A program made the position numbers and the translations under genes. The notes under the pieces are model-generated. The model worked only from the letters and a program-made list of their open reading frames with translations, was not told the origin of the DNA and searched no databases. Positions 26,909-40,400 of a stretch of 64,000 nt of DNA are shown here, piece by piece (positions within the stretch are counted from its first letter, which is position 1; every line of letters starts with the position of its first letter). The stretch is from Haliotis rufescens (Eukaryota): NCBI RefSeq assembly GCF_023055435.1, contig NW_025963796.1, positions 62,001-126,000 of the forward strand, given 5' to 3'.

Positions 26909-28357
26909 ATGTACACAACACTCACAGTACTGGTAAGTTAGAACATTTAATGACCGTGTTAAGCTCATGATGGCATGTGAATTGGAAATTATAAATACTA
27001 ACGCGGAACATGACAGAAATGTTTTGATTTCTAATGGCACAACGTCGTGACATTTCCAGCTGAATGTCGTAAAACAATATTTGTTCATTACAATTAAATA
27101 TCTTTGTAGATACAGTATTTGTTTAAGGCGCCAGGTCATGTACTGGGCAGTAGACATGAAAACACGAAATGTAGTTCGATCGTGACATATTCTATAATAC
27201 TGCGTTTTGATTTGTCCGACAGTGGACAACGTACGACCATGATTACTCTCATTCCGTAGAACCGCAAAAGAAAATATTTAAACAAAAGCACTTATTTTCA
27301 CAAAATCGTGAGCAATTTCACCTACGGAAGATACTTAATAAACGTTGCGAAATCGCTTTGTGGGATTTGAAGCCATTTGGTTGCTACATTGTAGACAGAC
27401 ATTCTTATAAACAACGAGTAAAAGAGTATTGCTGACTTCAGGATTTTTTATTGTCTTACATTGTATCATGGTGAAAGTGATGGTTGGAGTATATGAGTGC
27501 AAACATACGCCGATTAGAACCGATACCAGTTGATCTCTGCATGTGACCATCTAACCGAATGAGGACTGCCTCCGTGGTCTAGTGGTAGAGCATCCGCCCG
27601 GGGAGCGAAAGGTCCGGGGTTCGATCCCCTGCCGCGTAGTACCAAAAGACGTTAAAAGTTGGTACTTGTTGTTACCCAGTATACTATGTCTGAGTGGGGT
27701 ATTCATGTTAAACTGCGGCATGGTATCTCAGTGAGCCAGCTCTATAAAATCGGCATCAGTCCGGACTAGTACAAGCAGCCACACACACACACACACACAC
27801 ACGTACATACACGTCGCTATATAAGTGCAATAATCTTGGAAGCGACGTTAAACCCAATTTCACCTCACCTCAAACTTGTATATTTTGAAGTTGCTTAGAA
27901 AGCAAATATTGTCAGATCAATATATACCAAGGTGATATGTTCTGACGTCTGACAACGGGACCACGTGTAGAACATGCAAAAATAACATTTGTATTTAGAA
28001 AAAAAAGACAAAAACGGTTCAACTCAGATATTAGATTGGGACAAAATTAAAGTTAATATGTTTGTGTATCAGTTTGTGTTAAAAGACATGGGTTGTATAC
28101 TCCCCTGGGAGCTGGAAAGGAAAATCGAGCGCTCACTGATCCATTGACAGGTCAAAGGAATCTGGCGTATTATAAATGCACTTATTATTATTATTATCAT
28201 TATTATCATAATTAAAAGATTGTAGCACGTTCCAAATCATCATGTGTCCCTCATCGTCGGTTACTGTTTTGCAGATTATTTAATCGTTTTCAATTTAACC
28301 CGCACATTTTGTAGTTTCTTAGAAACGAAATATTTATAGAACAATATAGTACAAGCA

Positions 28358-28418
<61 letters not shown>

Positions 28419-31400
28419 GTCGCTTTATGTGCAATCATCTTGGGTTGCGACGTTAAACCCCATTTTACCTCACCTATACCCCAATGAAAATATATGATGC
28501 AATGGATGCACAATCACTCATCAGTTCCGCTGTCACCGAATAATTTTTTTCACACTTTGTCATGGACGAATGGAGGTAAGCTCATTTACGAGGTTTCGAA
28601 TGTAGATTTGACACCTTCAGACGAAATGGTCAATGTTTGTGTTTTGGGTTTAAGTGTGGCGTTTGTTGTAGGTGGCGCTTATTGTGCAGGCAGTCGTCGA
28701 TGTGCGGTGTGACGTCACAGCTAGTAAGTACATACAGTCCAACACGTTCAGGATAACGCATGGTATATAATAGTCACGAGGATATATAGAGTTATCACGT
28801 GAATATTGTTTGGGATCCTTGCCTAACTGAATACTTTGTTTATTTCGAACACGATATATTTACCATCCCAACATTCACGGGCGAGATAACCTCTTGATCA
28901 TATAATGTCATTCTTAATTTCTGTCGTCGATAAACCTTTTCTCAGCACTTACAAACGGTATCTAAACATTGCAAATATTCCTGCAATGTTTTAATGCGTA
29001 TAACTTCTGAAGGTCAGTGATTTGTCAGTCGGACAGTGACAACAGGTGATATAGTTTCAAATGAAACCTGTTTTTAGACAGTGGCGTAACTTGATATAGG
29101 CAAAATAACAATTACCTACACATATCAGACTGTCCAGTTGTTTTCACGGCATTCCATCAGTCCGTCCGCTAGAGTTATTGCCCTTTATCAAAGGGAAGCT
29201 ACTCTAGTCTATGCGACGTCACGTTTGTTTGCAAACTGTCTGGCCTGTCCTAACGTCAAGAAATGTAGACAGATATCCACAGAGCGACAAAATTAAACAA
29301 CGTAACAATTCAGGCATATTCTGTTATAATTGGGGCAAAGTCTCCCATTACAGATAAGGAAACTAATTCCACGAGCGGTCTCACTAAAGTTGTTTCACAA
29401 TTTATATCTCTCTCTATATCCTATATATTAAAATGCTCAGTTTCACCCCTGCTAGACTCTGGTTTTCGGTATCTTAGACTACTAGATTTATAATGATAAC
29501 ATTTATCACAATAATTTGTCCAGATAAACAAGGGTGGCGCTATGTTTGTTTGTAAATAAGGAACTGCCTGCCTGACCTTTTATATTTGCATCCGCATATG
29601 ACCCCAACGGATACCAATTTCTGGTGTATAATGTATGCCGTTGGACGAAAATGACGTTCGTCGACGTATGAACAACATATTGTAAATTTCATACGTTTTC
29701 ACGAGAGAGTATTCTTGCCATGGCGTAAACACTGACGGACTACTTCCACATTCCTGGAGAATACATACAGAAGCGTTGTTTCCTATCATTTAGACTCTTT
29801 AATATTGAAGTCAGTGTATTAGCATACATTGGAAAAAGAAAGAGAGTTTGACTTTATGCCAGTTCGCGAATATCCTCCCTACGACCCATGACAGTGAATA
29901 AACCGAAGAAATGTACACTCAAACTATCAACTCGATCCCCGTCTTGACTGGCAACCTACAGCAATCTATGAATTTATCTCACCTGTCATGCTATTTATCA
30001 GTGATGACTGACACTTGTAACCGCCACAGGTTAATTTATAACTTCTGAAATCCCTCCCGTCACGATTTACAGTGTCCGACATTCTGACGTCCCGTACTTG
30101 TAAACGTATTACGACGCGCTGTCAAAGTCATCGACTGTCTGAGGTAGTTCTTAACAGTCAATTTGAACATACATACGCTCATGTCAGCTCTCCTTTTGAG
30201 GAACTGTTTGAATCGACTAGTTGTTGTACGTCTGTCAGTGTAAACATGAAGTTCCATGTGCTAAATCCAATTGTGTATACATCCTTCGAGGAATAAAAGA
30301 GTGATGAAACATTATCTACCGAACTCCGGTGTATAACGGTATACGCTGTCTAGAGTGTCATGTGCATTCCCTCATATCAACACCCCAGTTCTTAACAGTC
30401 AATTTGAACATACATACGCTCATGTCAGCGCTCCTTTTGAGGAACTGTTTGAATCGACTAGTTGTTGTACGTCTGTCAGAAGTTCCATGTGCTAAATACA
30501 ATTGTGTATACAGACTCGATGTATAAAAGCATGATAAAAAATGTCCACACTAGCTCCGGTGTAAAATGGTATACGCTGTCTAGAGTGTCATGAATATACA
30601 TTTATCTCCCCAAGCTCCGGTGTATAATGGTATACGCTGTCTGTAGTGTCATGAATATACATTTATCTCCCCCAGCTCCGGCGTATAATGGTATACGCTG
30701 CCTGTAGTGTCATGAATATACATATATCTCCCCCAGCTCCGGTGTATAATGGTATACGCTGTCTAGAGTGTCATGAATATACATTTATCTCCCCCAGCTC
30801 CGGTGTATAATGGTATACGCTGACTGTAGTGTCATGAATATACATATATCTCCCCCAGCTCCGGTGTATAATGGTATACGCTGACTGTAGTGTCATGAAT
30901 ATACATTTATCTCCCCCAACTCCTGTTTATAATGGTATACGCTGCCTGTAGTGTCATGAATATACATATATCTCCCCCAGCTCCGGTGTAAAATGGTATA
31001 CGCTGACTGTAGTGTCATGAATATACATTTATCTCCTCCATCTCCGGCGTATAATGGTATACGCTGTCTAGAGTGTCATGAATATACATTTATCTCCCCC
31101 AGCTCCGGCGTATAATGGTATACGCTGACTGTAGTGTCATGAATATATATTTATCTCCCCAAGCTCCGGTGTATAATGTTATACGCTGACTGTAGTGTCA
31201 TGAATATACATTTATCTCCCCCAGCTCCGGTGTATAATGGTATACGCTGACTGTAGTGTCATGAATATACATTTATCTCCCCCAGCTCCGGCATATAATG
31301 GTATACGCTGTGTAGAGTGTCATGAATATACATTTATCTCCCCAGCTCCGGAGTATAATGGTATACGCTGACTGTAGTGTCATGAATATACATTTATCTC

Positions 31401-34400
31401 CCCCAGCTCCGTTGTATAATGGTATACGCTGTCTAGAGTGTCATGAAGTGGCCAAGCCCTCGGACTGCACCATGTGGGTTTCATGTGGAGAGGAGGAAGT
31501 ATGTTTATTAAAAATACATATCACTAAAATATGAATGTGCCATGTAACTCCTGTCTGGAGCGTCATTGCGGGTTAAAGGCAATGTGTACCTGTATTCTAC
31601 CTGTGGTCTATCTGTGTCCTTCCTTTGGTCGGCATGTATTTTACCTGTAATCTAACTGTGTTCAAGCTGTGATTTGTTATCTACCTGTTTTCTACATGTA
31701 TGCTACATTCCGTTTACCTGTATATGCCACCTGTTTTCAAACTCTGATGTTCCTGTGATCGTCCTGCGATCACCTGTTATCTGCCTTGGTCTAACTGTGG
31801 TCTACCCGCAAAATGCATACATGTGTTCTACTTGTATTCAGCTTGATTGTACTATACCGATAATTTGCATGTATCCTTCTTTTGTCCTACCTGTGGACTG
31901 TATGTTGTGCAGCTGTGATCTACCTGTGGTTCACCGTGTTCGACATGTGATCCACCTGTTATCTATGTGTTTTCTACTAGTTGTCTTCGTTTGGTCTATT
32001 TGTGTTCTACCCACGTCCCACCTGTGATCTACCTATGTTCTATTCTACCTGTGGTATATCTATTATTTTCATACCTGCATTCTAAATGTGTTCTACCTGT
32101 CTTCTACTTGTGTCCTACTTGTGTTCTGTAAGTGTTCTATGTGTTATTTACCTTGTTCTACTTGCGTTCTTTACGTTTTCTGTGTGTGCTACCTGTGTTC
32201 TATATGTACTCTACTTGCGTTCTTTACGTGTTCTGTGTGGGCCACTTGTGTTACATGTGTACTCTACTTGTGTTCTTTACGTGTTCTACGCGTGATGTAC
32301 CTTGTTCTACTTGTGTTCTTTACGTGTTCTGTATGTGGCACCTGTGTTCTATGCAAACTCTACTTGTGTTCTTTACGTGGTCTACGCGTGATTTACCTTG
32401 TTCTACTTGTGTTCTTTACGTGTTCTGTGTGTGCCACCTGTGTTCTATATGTAATCTACTTGTGTTCTTTACGTGTTCTGTGTGTGCCACTTGTGTTCTA
32501 TATGTACTCTACTTGTGTTCTTTACGTGTTCTACGCGTGATTTACCTTGTTCTACTTGTGTTCTTTACGTGTTCTGTGTGTGGCACCTGTGTTCTACATG
32601 TACTCTACTTGTGTTCTTTACGTGTTCTACGCGTGATTTACCTTGTTCTACTTGTGTTCTTTACGTGTTCTGTGTGTGCCACCTGTGTTCTATATGTGCT
32701 CTACTTGTGTTCTTTACGTGTTCTGTGTGTGGCACCTGTGTTCTACATGTACTCTACTTGTGTTCTTTACGTGGTCTACGCGTGATTTACCTTGTTCTAC
32801 TTGTGTTCTGTACGTGTTCTACCTGCTTTCTATCTCTGTTTCAGGAGTGCTATACCAGGGAGTATTACAACAGAAACATGATACGAGGCTACCACATGGG
32901 CTGTGAGCTCAAGTCTGTAAGTGTCACAACTCACTGTATCAGACCTACCACATGGGCTGTGAGCTCAGGTCTGTAAGTGTCACAACTCACTGTATCAGAT
33001 CTATCACATGGGCTGTGAGCTCAAGTCTGTAAGTGTCACAACTCACTGTATCAGATCTACCACATGGGCTGTGAGCTGAGGTATGTAAGTGTCACAACTC
33101 ACTGTATCAGACCTTCCACATGGGTTGTGAGCTCAAGTCTGTAAGTGTCACAACTCACTGTATCAGACCTACCACATGGGCTGTGAGCTCAAGTCTGTAA
33201 GTGTCACAACTCACTGTATCAGACCTACCACATGGGCTGTGAGCTCAAGTCTGTAAGTGTCACAACTCACTGTATCAGATCTATCACATGGGCTGTGAGC
33301 TCAAGTCTGTAAGTGTCACAACTCACTGTATCAGACCTACCACATGGGTTGTGAGCTCAAGTCTGTAAGTGTCACAATTCACTGTATCAGATCTATCACA
33401 TGGGCTGTGAGCTCAAGTCTGTAAGTGTCACAACTCACTGTATCAGATCTATCACACGGGCTGTGAGCTCAAATCTGTAAGTGTCACAACTCACTGTATC
33501 AGATCTACCACATGGGCTGTGAGCTCAAGTCTGTAAGCGTCACAACTCACTGTATCAGATCTATCACATGGGCTGTGAGCTCAAGTCTGTAAGTGTCACA
33601 ACTCACTGTATCAGACCTACCACATGGGCTGTGAGCTCAAGTCTGTAAGTGTCACAACTCACTGTATCAGATCTACCACATGGGCTGTGAGCTCAAGTCT
33701 GTAAGCGTCACAACTCACTGTATCAGATCTATCACATGGGTTGTGAGCTCAAGTCTGTAAGTGTCACAACGCACTGTATCAGACCTACCACATAGGCTGT
33801 GAGCTCAAGTCTGTAAGTGTCACAACTCACTGTATCAGATCTATCACATGGGCTGTGAGCTCAAGTCTGTAAGTGTCACAACTCACTGTATCAGATCTAT
33901 CACATGGAATGTAACTCAAGTCTGTAAGTGTCACAACTCACTGTATCAGATCTATCACATGGGCTGTGAGCTCAAGTCTGTAAGTGTCACAACTCACTGT
34001 ATCAGACCTACCACATGGGCTGTGAGCTCAAGTCTGTAAGTGTCACAACTCACTGTATCAGACCTACCACATGGGCTGTGAGCTCAAGTCTGTAAGTGTC
34101 ACAACTCACTGTATCAGACCTACCACATGGGCTGTGAGCTCAAGTCTGTAAGTGTCACAACTCACTGTATCAGACCTACCACATGGGCTGTGAGCTCAAG
34201 TCTGTAAGTGTCACAACTCACTGTATCAGATCTATCACATGGGCTGTGAGCTCAAATCTGTAAGTGTCACAACTCACTGTATCAGATCTACCACATGGGT
34301 TGTGAGCTCAAGTCTGTAAGCGTCACAACTCACTGTATCAGATCTATCACATGGGCTGTGAGCTCAAGTCTGTAAGTGTCACAACTCACTGTATCAGACC

Positions 34401-37400
34401 TACCACATGGGCTGTGAGCTCAAGTCTGTAAGTGTCACAACTCACTGTATCAGATCTACCACATGGGCTGTGAGCTCAAGTCTGTAAGCGTCACAACTCA
34501 CTGTATCAGATCTATCACATGGGTTGTGAGCTCAAATCTGTAAGTGTCACAACGCACTGTATCAGACCTACCACATAGGCTGTGAGCTCAAGTCTGTAAG
34601 TGTCACAACTCACTGTATCAGATCTATCACATGGGCTGTGAGCTCAAGTCTGTAAGTGTCACAACTCACTGTATCAGATCTATCACATGGGCTGTGAGCT
34701 CAAGTCTGTAAATGTCACAACTCACTGTATCAGACCTACCACATGGGCTGTGAGCTCAAGTCTGTAAGTGTCACAACTCACTGTATCAGACCTACCACAT
34801 GGGCTGTGAGCTCAAGTCTGTAAGTGTCACAACTTACTGTATCAGACCTACGACATGGGCTGTGAGCTCAAGTCTGTAAGTGTCACAACTCACTGTATCA
34901 GACCTACCACATGGGCTGTGAGCTCAAGTCTGTAAGTGTCACAACTCACTGTATCAGATCTACCACATGGGCTGTGAGCTCAAGTCTGTAAGTGTCACAA
35001 CTCACTGTATCAGATCTATCACATGGGTTGTGAGCTCAAGTCTGTAAGTGTCACAACGCACTGTATCAGACCTACCACATAGGCTGTGAGCTCAAGTCTG
35101 TAAGTGTCACAACTCACTGTATCAGATCTATCACATGGGCTGTGAGCTCAAGTATGTAAGTGTCACAACTCACTGTATCAGATCTATCACATGGAATGTG
35201 AGCTCAAGTCTGTAAGTGTCACAACTCACTGTATCAGATCTATCACATGGGCTGTGAGCTCAAGTCTGTAAGTGTCACAACTCACTGTATCAGACCTACC
35301 ACATGGGCTGTGAGCTCAAGTCTGTAAGTGTCACAACTCACTGTATCAGACCTACCACATGGGCTGTGAGCTCAAGTCTGTAAGTGTCACAACTCACTGT
35401 ATCAGACCTACGACATGGGCTGTGAGCTCAAGTCTGTAAGTGTCACAACTCACTGTATCAGACCTACCACATGGGCTGTGAGCTCAAGTCTGTAAGTGTC
35501 ACAACTCACTGTATCAGATCTATCACATGGGCTGTGAGCTCAAATCTGTAAGTGTCACAACTCACTGTATCAGATCTACCACATGGGCTGTGAGCTCAAG
35601 TCTGTAAGCGTCACAACTCACTGTATCAGATCTATCACATGGGCTGTGAGCTCAAGTCTGTAAGTGTCACAACTCACTGTATCAGACCTACCACATGGGC
35701 TGTGAGCTCAAGTCTGTAAGTGTCACAACTTACTGTATCAGACCTACGACATGGGCTGTGAGCTCAAGTCTGTAAGTGTCACAACTCACTGTATCAGACC
35801 TACCACATGGGCTGTGAGCTCAAGTCTGTAAGTGTCACAACTCACTGTATCAGATCTATCACATGGGCTGTGAGCTCAAGTCTGTAAGTGTCACAACTCA
35901 CTGTATCAGATCTATCACATGGGCTGTGAGCTCAGGTCTGTAAGTGTCACAACTCACTCTTTCAGTTCTATTACACGGGCTGTGAACTTGTGTCTGTAAG
36001 TGTCACAACTCAGTCTGTCAGAACTTTCACATGGGCTGTGAGCTCCAATGCTGTTCTTGCATCAACATCTCTTTCAAGTTAAATGGTCGTCATATAACGG
36101 TTGTTATGTCTATGATATTTCCCAGATTCAGATATAAGCCATGTTTCCGATTTCGCCCCCAGAGATGTGACATGTACCGGCGCATGTCTGTCCTTTTAGG
36201 GAAGAGGGACACGCCCACCTGCTTCGAGTGTTGCGACAGTGACGACTGCAACAGTGCCCTCTGCGGTGTTGGGACAGGGCAGTCACCGACACAGAACAAA
36301 AGTAAGTAGACACCATAAAACCACCCACACAGAGCAACAGTAAGTAGACACGATAGCGCCACCGACACAGAACAACAGTAAGTAGACACGATAGCGCTAT
36401 CCACACAGAACAACAGTAAGAAGACACGATAGCGCTATCCACACAGAACAGCAGTAAGAAGACGCGATAGCGCTATGCACACAGAACAACAGTAAGTAGA
36501 CACGATAGCGCCACCCACACAGAACAGCAGTAAGTAGACACGATAGCGCCACCAACACAGAACAGCAGTAAGTAGACATGATAGCGCCACCCACACAGAA
36601 CAACAGTAAGTAGACACGATAGCGCTATCCACACAGAACAACAGTAAGTAGACACGATAGCGCCACCGACACAGAACAACAGTGAGTAGACACGATAGCG
36701 CTATCCACACAGAACAACAGTAAGAAGACACGATAGCGCCACCAACACAGAACAGCAGTAAGTAGACATGATAGCGCCACCCACACAGAACAACAATAAG
36801 TAGACACGATAGCGCTATCCACACAGAACAACAGTAAGTAGACACGATAGCGCCACCGACACAGAACAACAGTGAGTAGACACGATAGCGCTATCCACAC
36901 AGAACAGCAGTAAGAAGACGCGATAGCGCTATCCACACAGAACAACAGTAAGTAGACGCGATAGCGCCACCAACACAGAACAGCAGTAAGTGGACGCGAT
37001 AGCGCCACCAACACAGAACAACAGGAAGTAGACATGATAGCGCACCCCCACACAGAACAGCAGTAAGTAGACACGATAGCGCCACCAACACAGAACAACA
37101 GTAAGTAGACATGACAGCGCCACCTACCCAGAACAGCAGTAAGTAGACGCGATAGCGCCACACACACATTTCTTGTTTTTCTCACATTCTTAAGCAGAAA
37201 TGCTTGTTTTCAAGAATTTTCGGGGACAAGCAGCCTCCAATAAGCTGTTTTCTGTATTTGCAGATCACCGCTGCCTTGACTGTCACTCGGTGGCCGATCC
37301 CCGGATGTGCGACCGTTGGTCCGTGTGTGGAGTGGATGAGGTGAGTTGGACGGACAGACAGACACACGCACGTACGAGCGAGAGAAAAACGTCTGAAGGA

Positions 37401-40400
37401 TAGACAGACAGACACACGCACGGACGGACGAGAGAAATACGTCTGAGGGATGGACAGACAGACCCACGCACGTACGGACGAGAGAAATACGTCTGAAGGA
37501 TGGACAGACAGACCCACGCACGTACGGACGAGAGAAATACGTCTGAAGGATGGACAGACAGGTGTTGAATGGTTGAAAGGATGAAACACTTTTAACTGGG
37601 AACTGTGACACATGTGACAGAGAGACAAGTTACATATTTGAATGAAGTGATCAGGTTACAGGTGTGATGATGTACAGGTGTGATTATCTTATAGGTGTGA
37701 TACACAGAGCTTGGCGAGCTCAATGCATAGTGTTTATTTCCATCACAGGATATTTACCATCCCCAAACACACAAGCGTGATAACCTCTTTATCATGTAAT
37801 GTCATTCTTCAATTCTGTGCTCGAAAATCTCTTCCCATCACTAAGAAACATTACCTAAGAATTGCAGGTTTTCCTGGGATGTGCGCATTAATATATATTA
37901 CATCATAATGTCAGTGATGTGTCAGTCGGACAGTGACAGTAGCCAATATAGTTCCAACTGTGTCTTATACACGTGACTTCATATTTGCATAGCAACAACT
38001 GCCTACACAGGTTGTATCAACTTGCCTTGCGCGCCAATCCCTCGGTCTGTCCGCTGTCTGCTATTTATTAAAGGGAAGCTACTCCAACCCTAGTATTTGA
38101 GACGTCACGGCCACAGTCACGTTGTTGACAGTCGGCCTGTCTTGTTACAGTCAGATGTACACACAGCGACAAAACGAAACAGTAACAATTCGGACATATA
38201 TCGGCCACATCCAACTGTCCAAGCAGCAAAGGTCTACAAGTACAGATATCGAAACTGACCCCGCATGGTTGGTGTTCTCGCAAGAGAAAATTCGCAATAT
38301 ATATCTCGTTGCCAAAACTTGTGAAATGCCTTAGCTACGTCACAGTTAGACACTGTTTTTAAGTATGCTAGACTATTTTTTGGATAATAATAGCAGTTAC
38401 CCCAGTAGTTTCTCCAGATTCCCGATGGTTAAGTCTGACACGATCGCCGAATGACAAGGGCTACGCAGTGTTTGTTTATAAACACTGAAAGTTGTCCCTA
38501 CTTGACCTTCGATATTTGCATCTCTATCCGCATATGAGACCCAACGGATGTCGTTTTTATCCGTTGGCTTTATCCTGCTGAGAAACCTACCCGTTATAGA
38601 ATAAATGTGGGTGAGTATGGTTTTACGCCGCATTTAGCAATATTCCAGCAATATCACGGCGGGGGACACCAGAAATAGGCTTCACACATTGTACCCATTT
38701 CGGGAATCGAACCCGGGTCTTCGGCGTGACGAGCGAACGCTTTAACCACTAGGCTACCCGACCGCCCATACCCGTTATAGGATAAATGTGGGTATCCTTG
38801 TTCCAGGGGGACAGTCGGGTAGCCTAGTGGTTAAAGCGTTCGCTCATCACGCCGAAGACCTGGGTTCGATTCCCATCATGTGTACAATGTGTGAAGACCA
38901 TTTCTGTTGTCCCCCGCCGTAATATATTGCTGGAATATTGCTAAAGGCGGCGTAAAACCATTCTTTCTTTCACTCACTCACTCACTCACTCACTCACTCA
39001 CTCACTCACTTGTTCCAGGTTTGCTATACCCAGGCGTCCCTTGATTCCACAGGACAACTGCGGTTCAGGCTCGGCTGTGAGTTTCAGCAGGTCAGCATCT
39101 TTCTACATTCTACCAACTTACCAACCTCATCCCTGCGACATCCCATCCTCCCATATCTCTGTCCCGACTGTAATTCGTTAAGACCATTCAAGCCCACAGA
39201 CCACAACTACACCCGACTCCAGCACACACACCACTGCCACACCCACCCCAGCACACAGACCACAACCACACCCGACTCCAGCACACAAGCCACTGCCAAA
39301 CCCACCCCAGCACACAGACCACAACTACACCCGACTCCAGCCGCACACCACTGCCACACTAACCCCAGCACACACACCACTGCCACACTAACCCCAGTAC
39401 ACAGACCACAACTACACCCGACTCCAGCACACAGACCACTGCCACACTAACCCCAGCACACACACCACAACCACACCCGACTCCAACACACAGACCACTA
39501 TCACACCTCACACCAGCACACAGACCACTGCCACACCCGACTCCAGCACACACACCACTGCCACACTAACCGCAGCACACAGACCACAACTACACCCGAC
39601 TCCAGCACACACACCACTGCCACACCCACCCCAGCACACAGACCACAACTACACCCGACTCCAGCACACACACCACTGCCACACTAACCCCAGCACACAC
39701 ACCACAACCGCACCCGACTCCAACACACAGACCACTATCACACCTCACACCAGCACACAGACCACTGCCACATTCAAATCCAGCACAGACCACTGCCACA
39801 CCCGACCCAAGCACACAGACCACTGCCACACAAAATCCCAAAACACAGACCACTGCCACACCCACCCCAACACACAGACCACTGCCACACCCAGCCCCAG
39901 CACACAGACCACTGCCACACCAACCCCAAGCAAACAGACCACTGCCACACCCACCCCAGCAAACAGACCACTGCCACACCCACCCCAGCAGACAGACCAA
40001 TGCCACACCCAGCCCAAGCAAACAGACCACTGCCACACCCAGCCCCAGCACACAGACCACTGCCACACCCACCCACCCCAAGCAAACAGACCACTGCAAC
40101 AACCACCCCAGCAGACAGACCACTGCCACACCCACCCCAGCAGACAGACCACTGCCACACCCAGCCCAAGCAAACAGACCACTGCCACACCCAGCCCCAG
40201 CACACAGACCACTGCCACACCAAGCCCAAGCAAACAGACCACTGCCACACCCACCCCAGCACACAGACCACTGCCACACCCGACTCCAGCACACAGACCA
40301 CTGCAACACCCGACTCCAGCACACAGACCACTGCCGCACCCACCCCAGCACACAGACCACTGCGACACAAAATCCCAACACACAGACCACTGTCACACCA

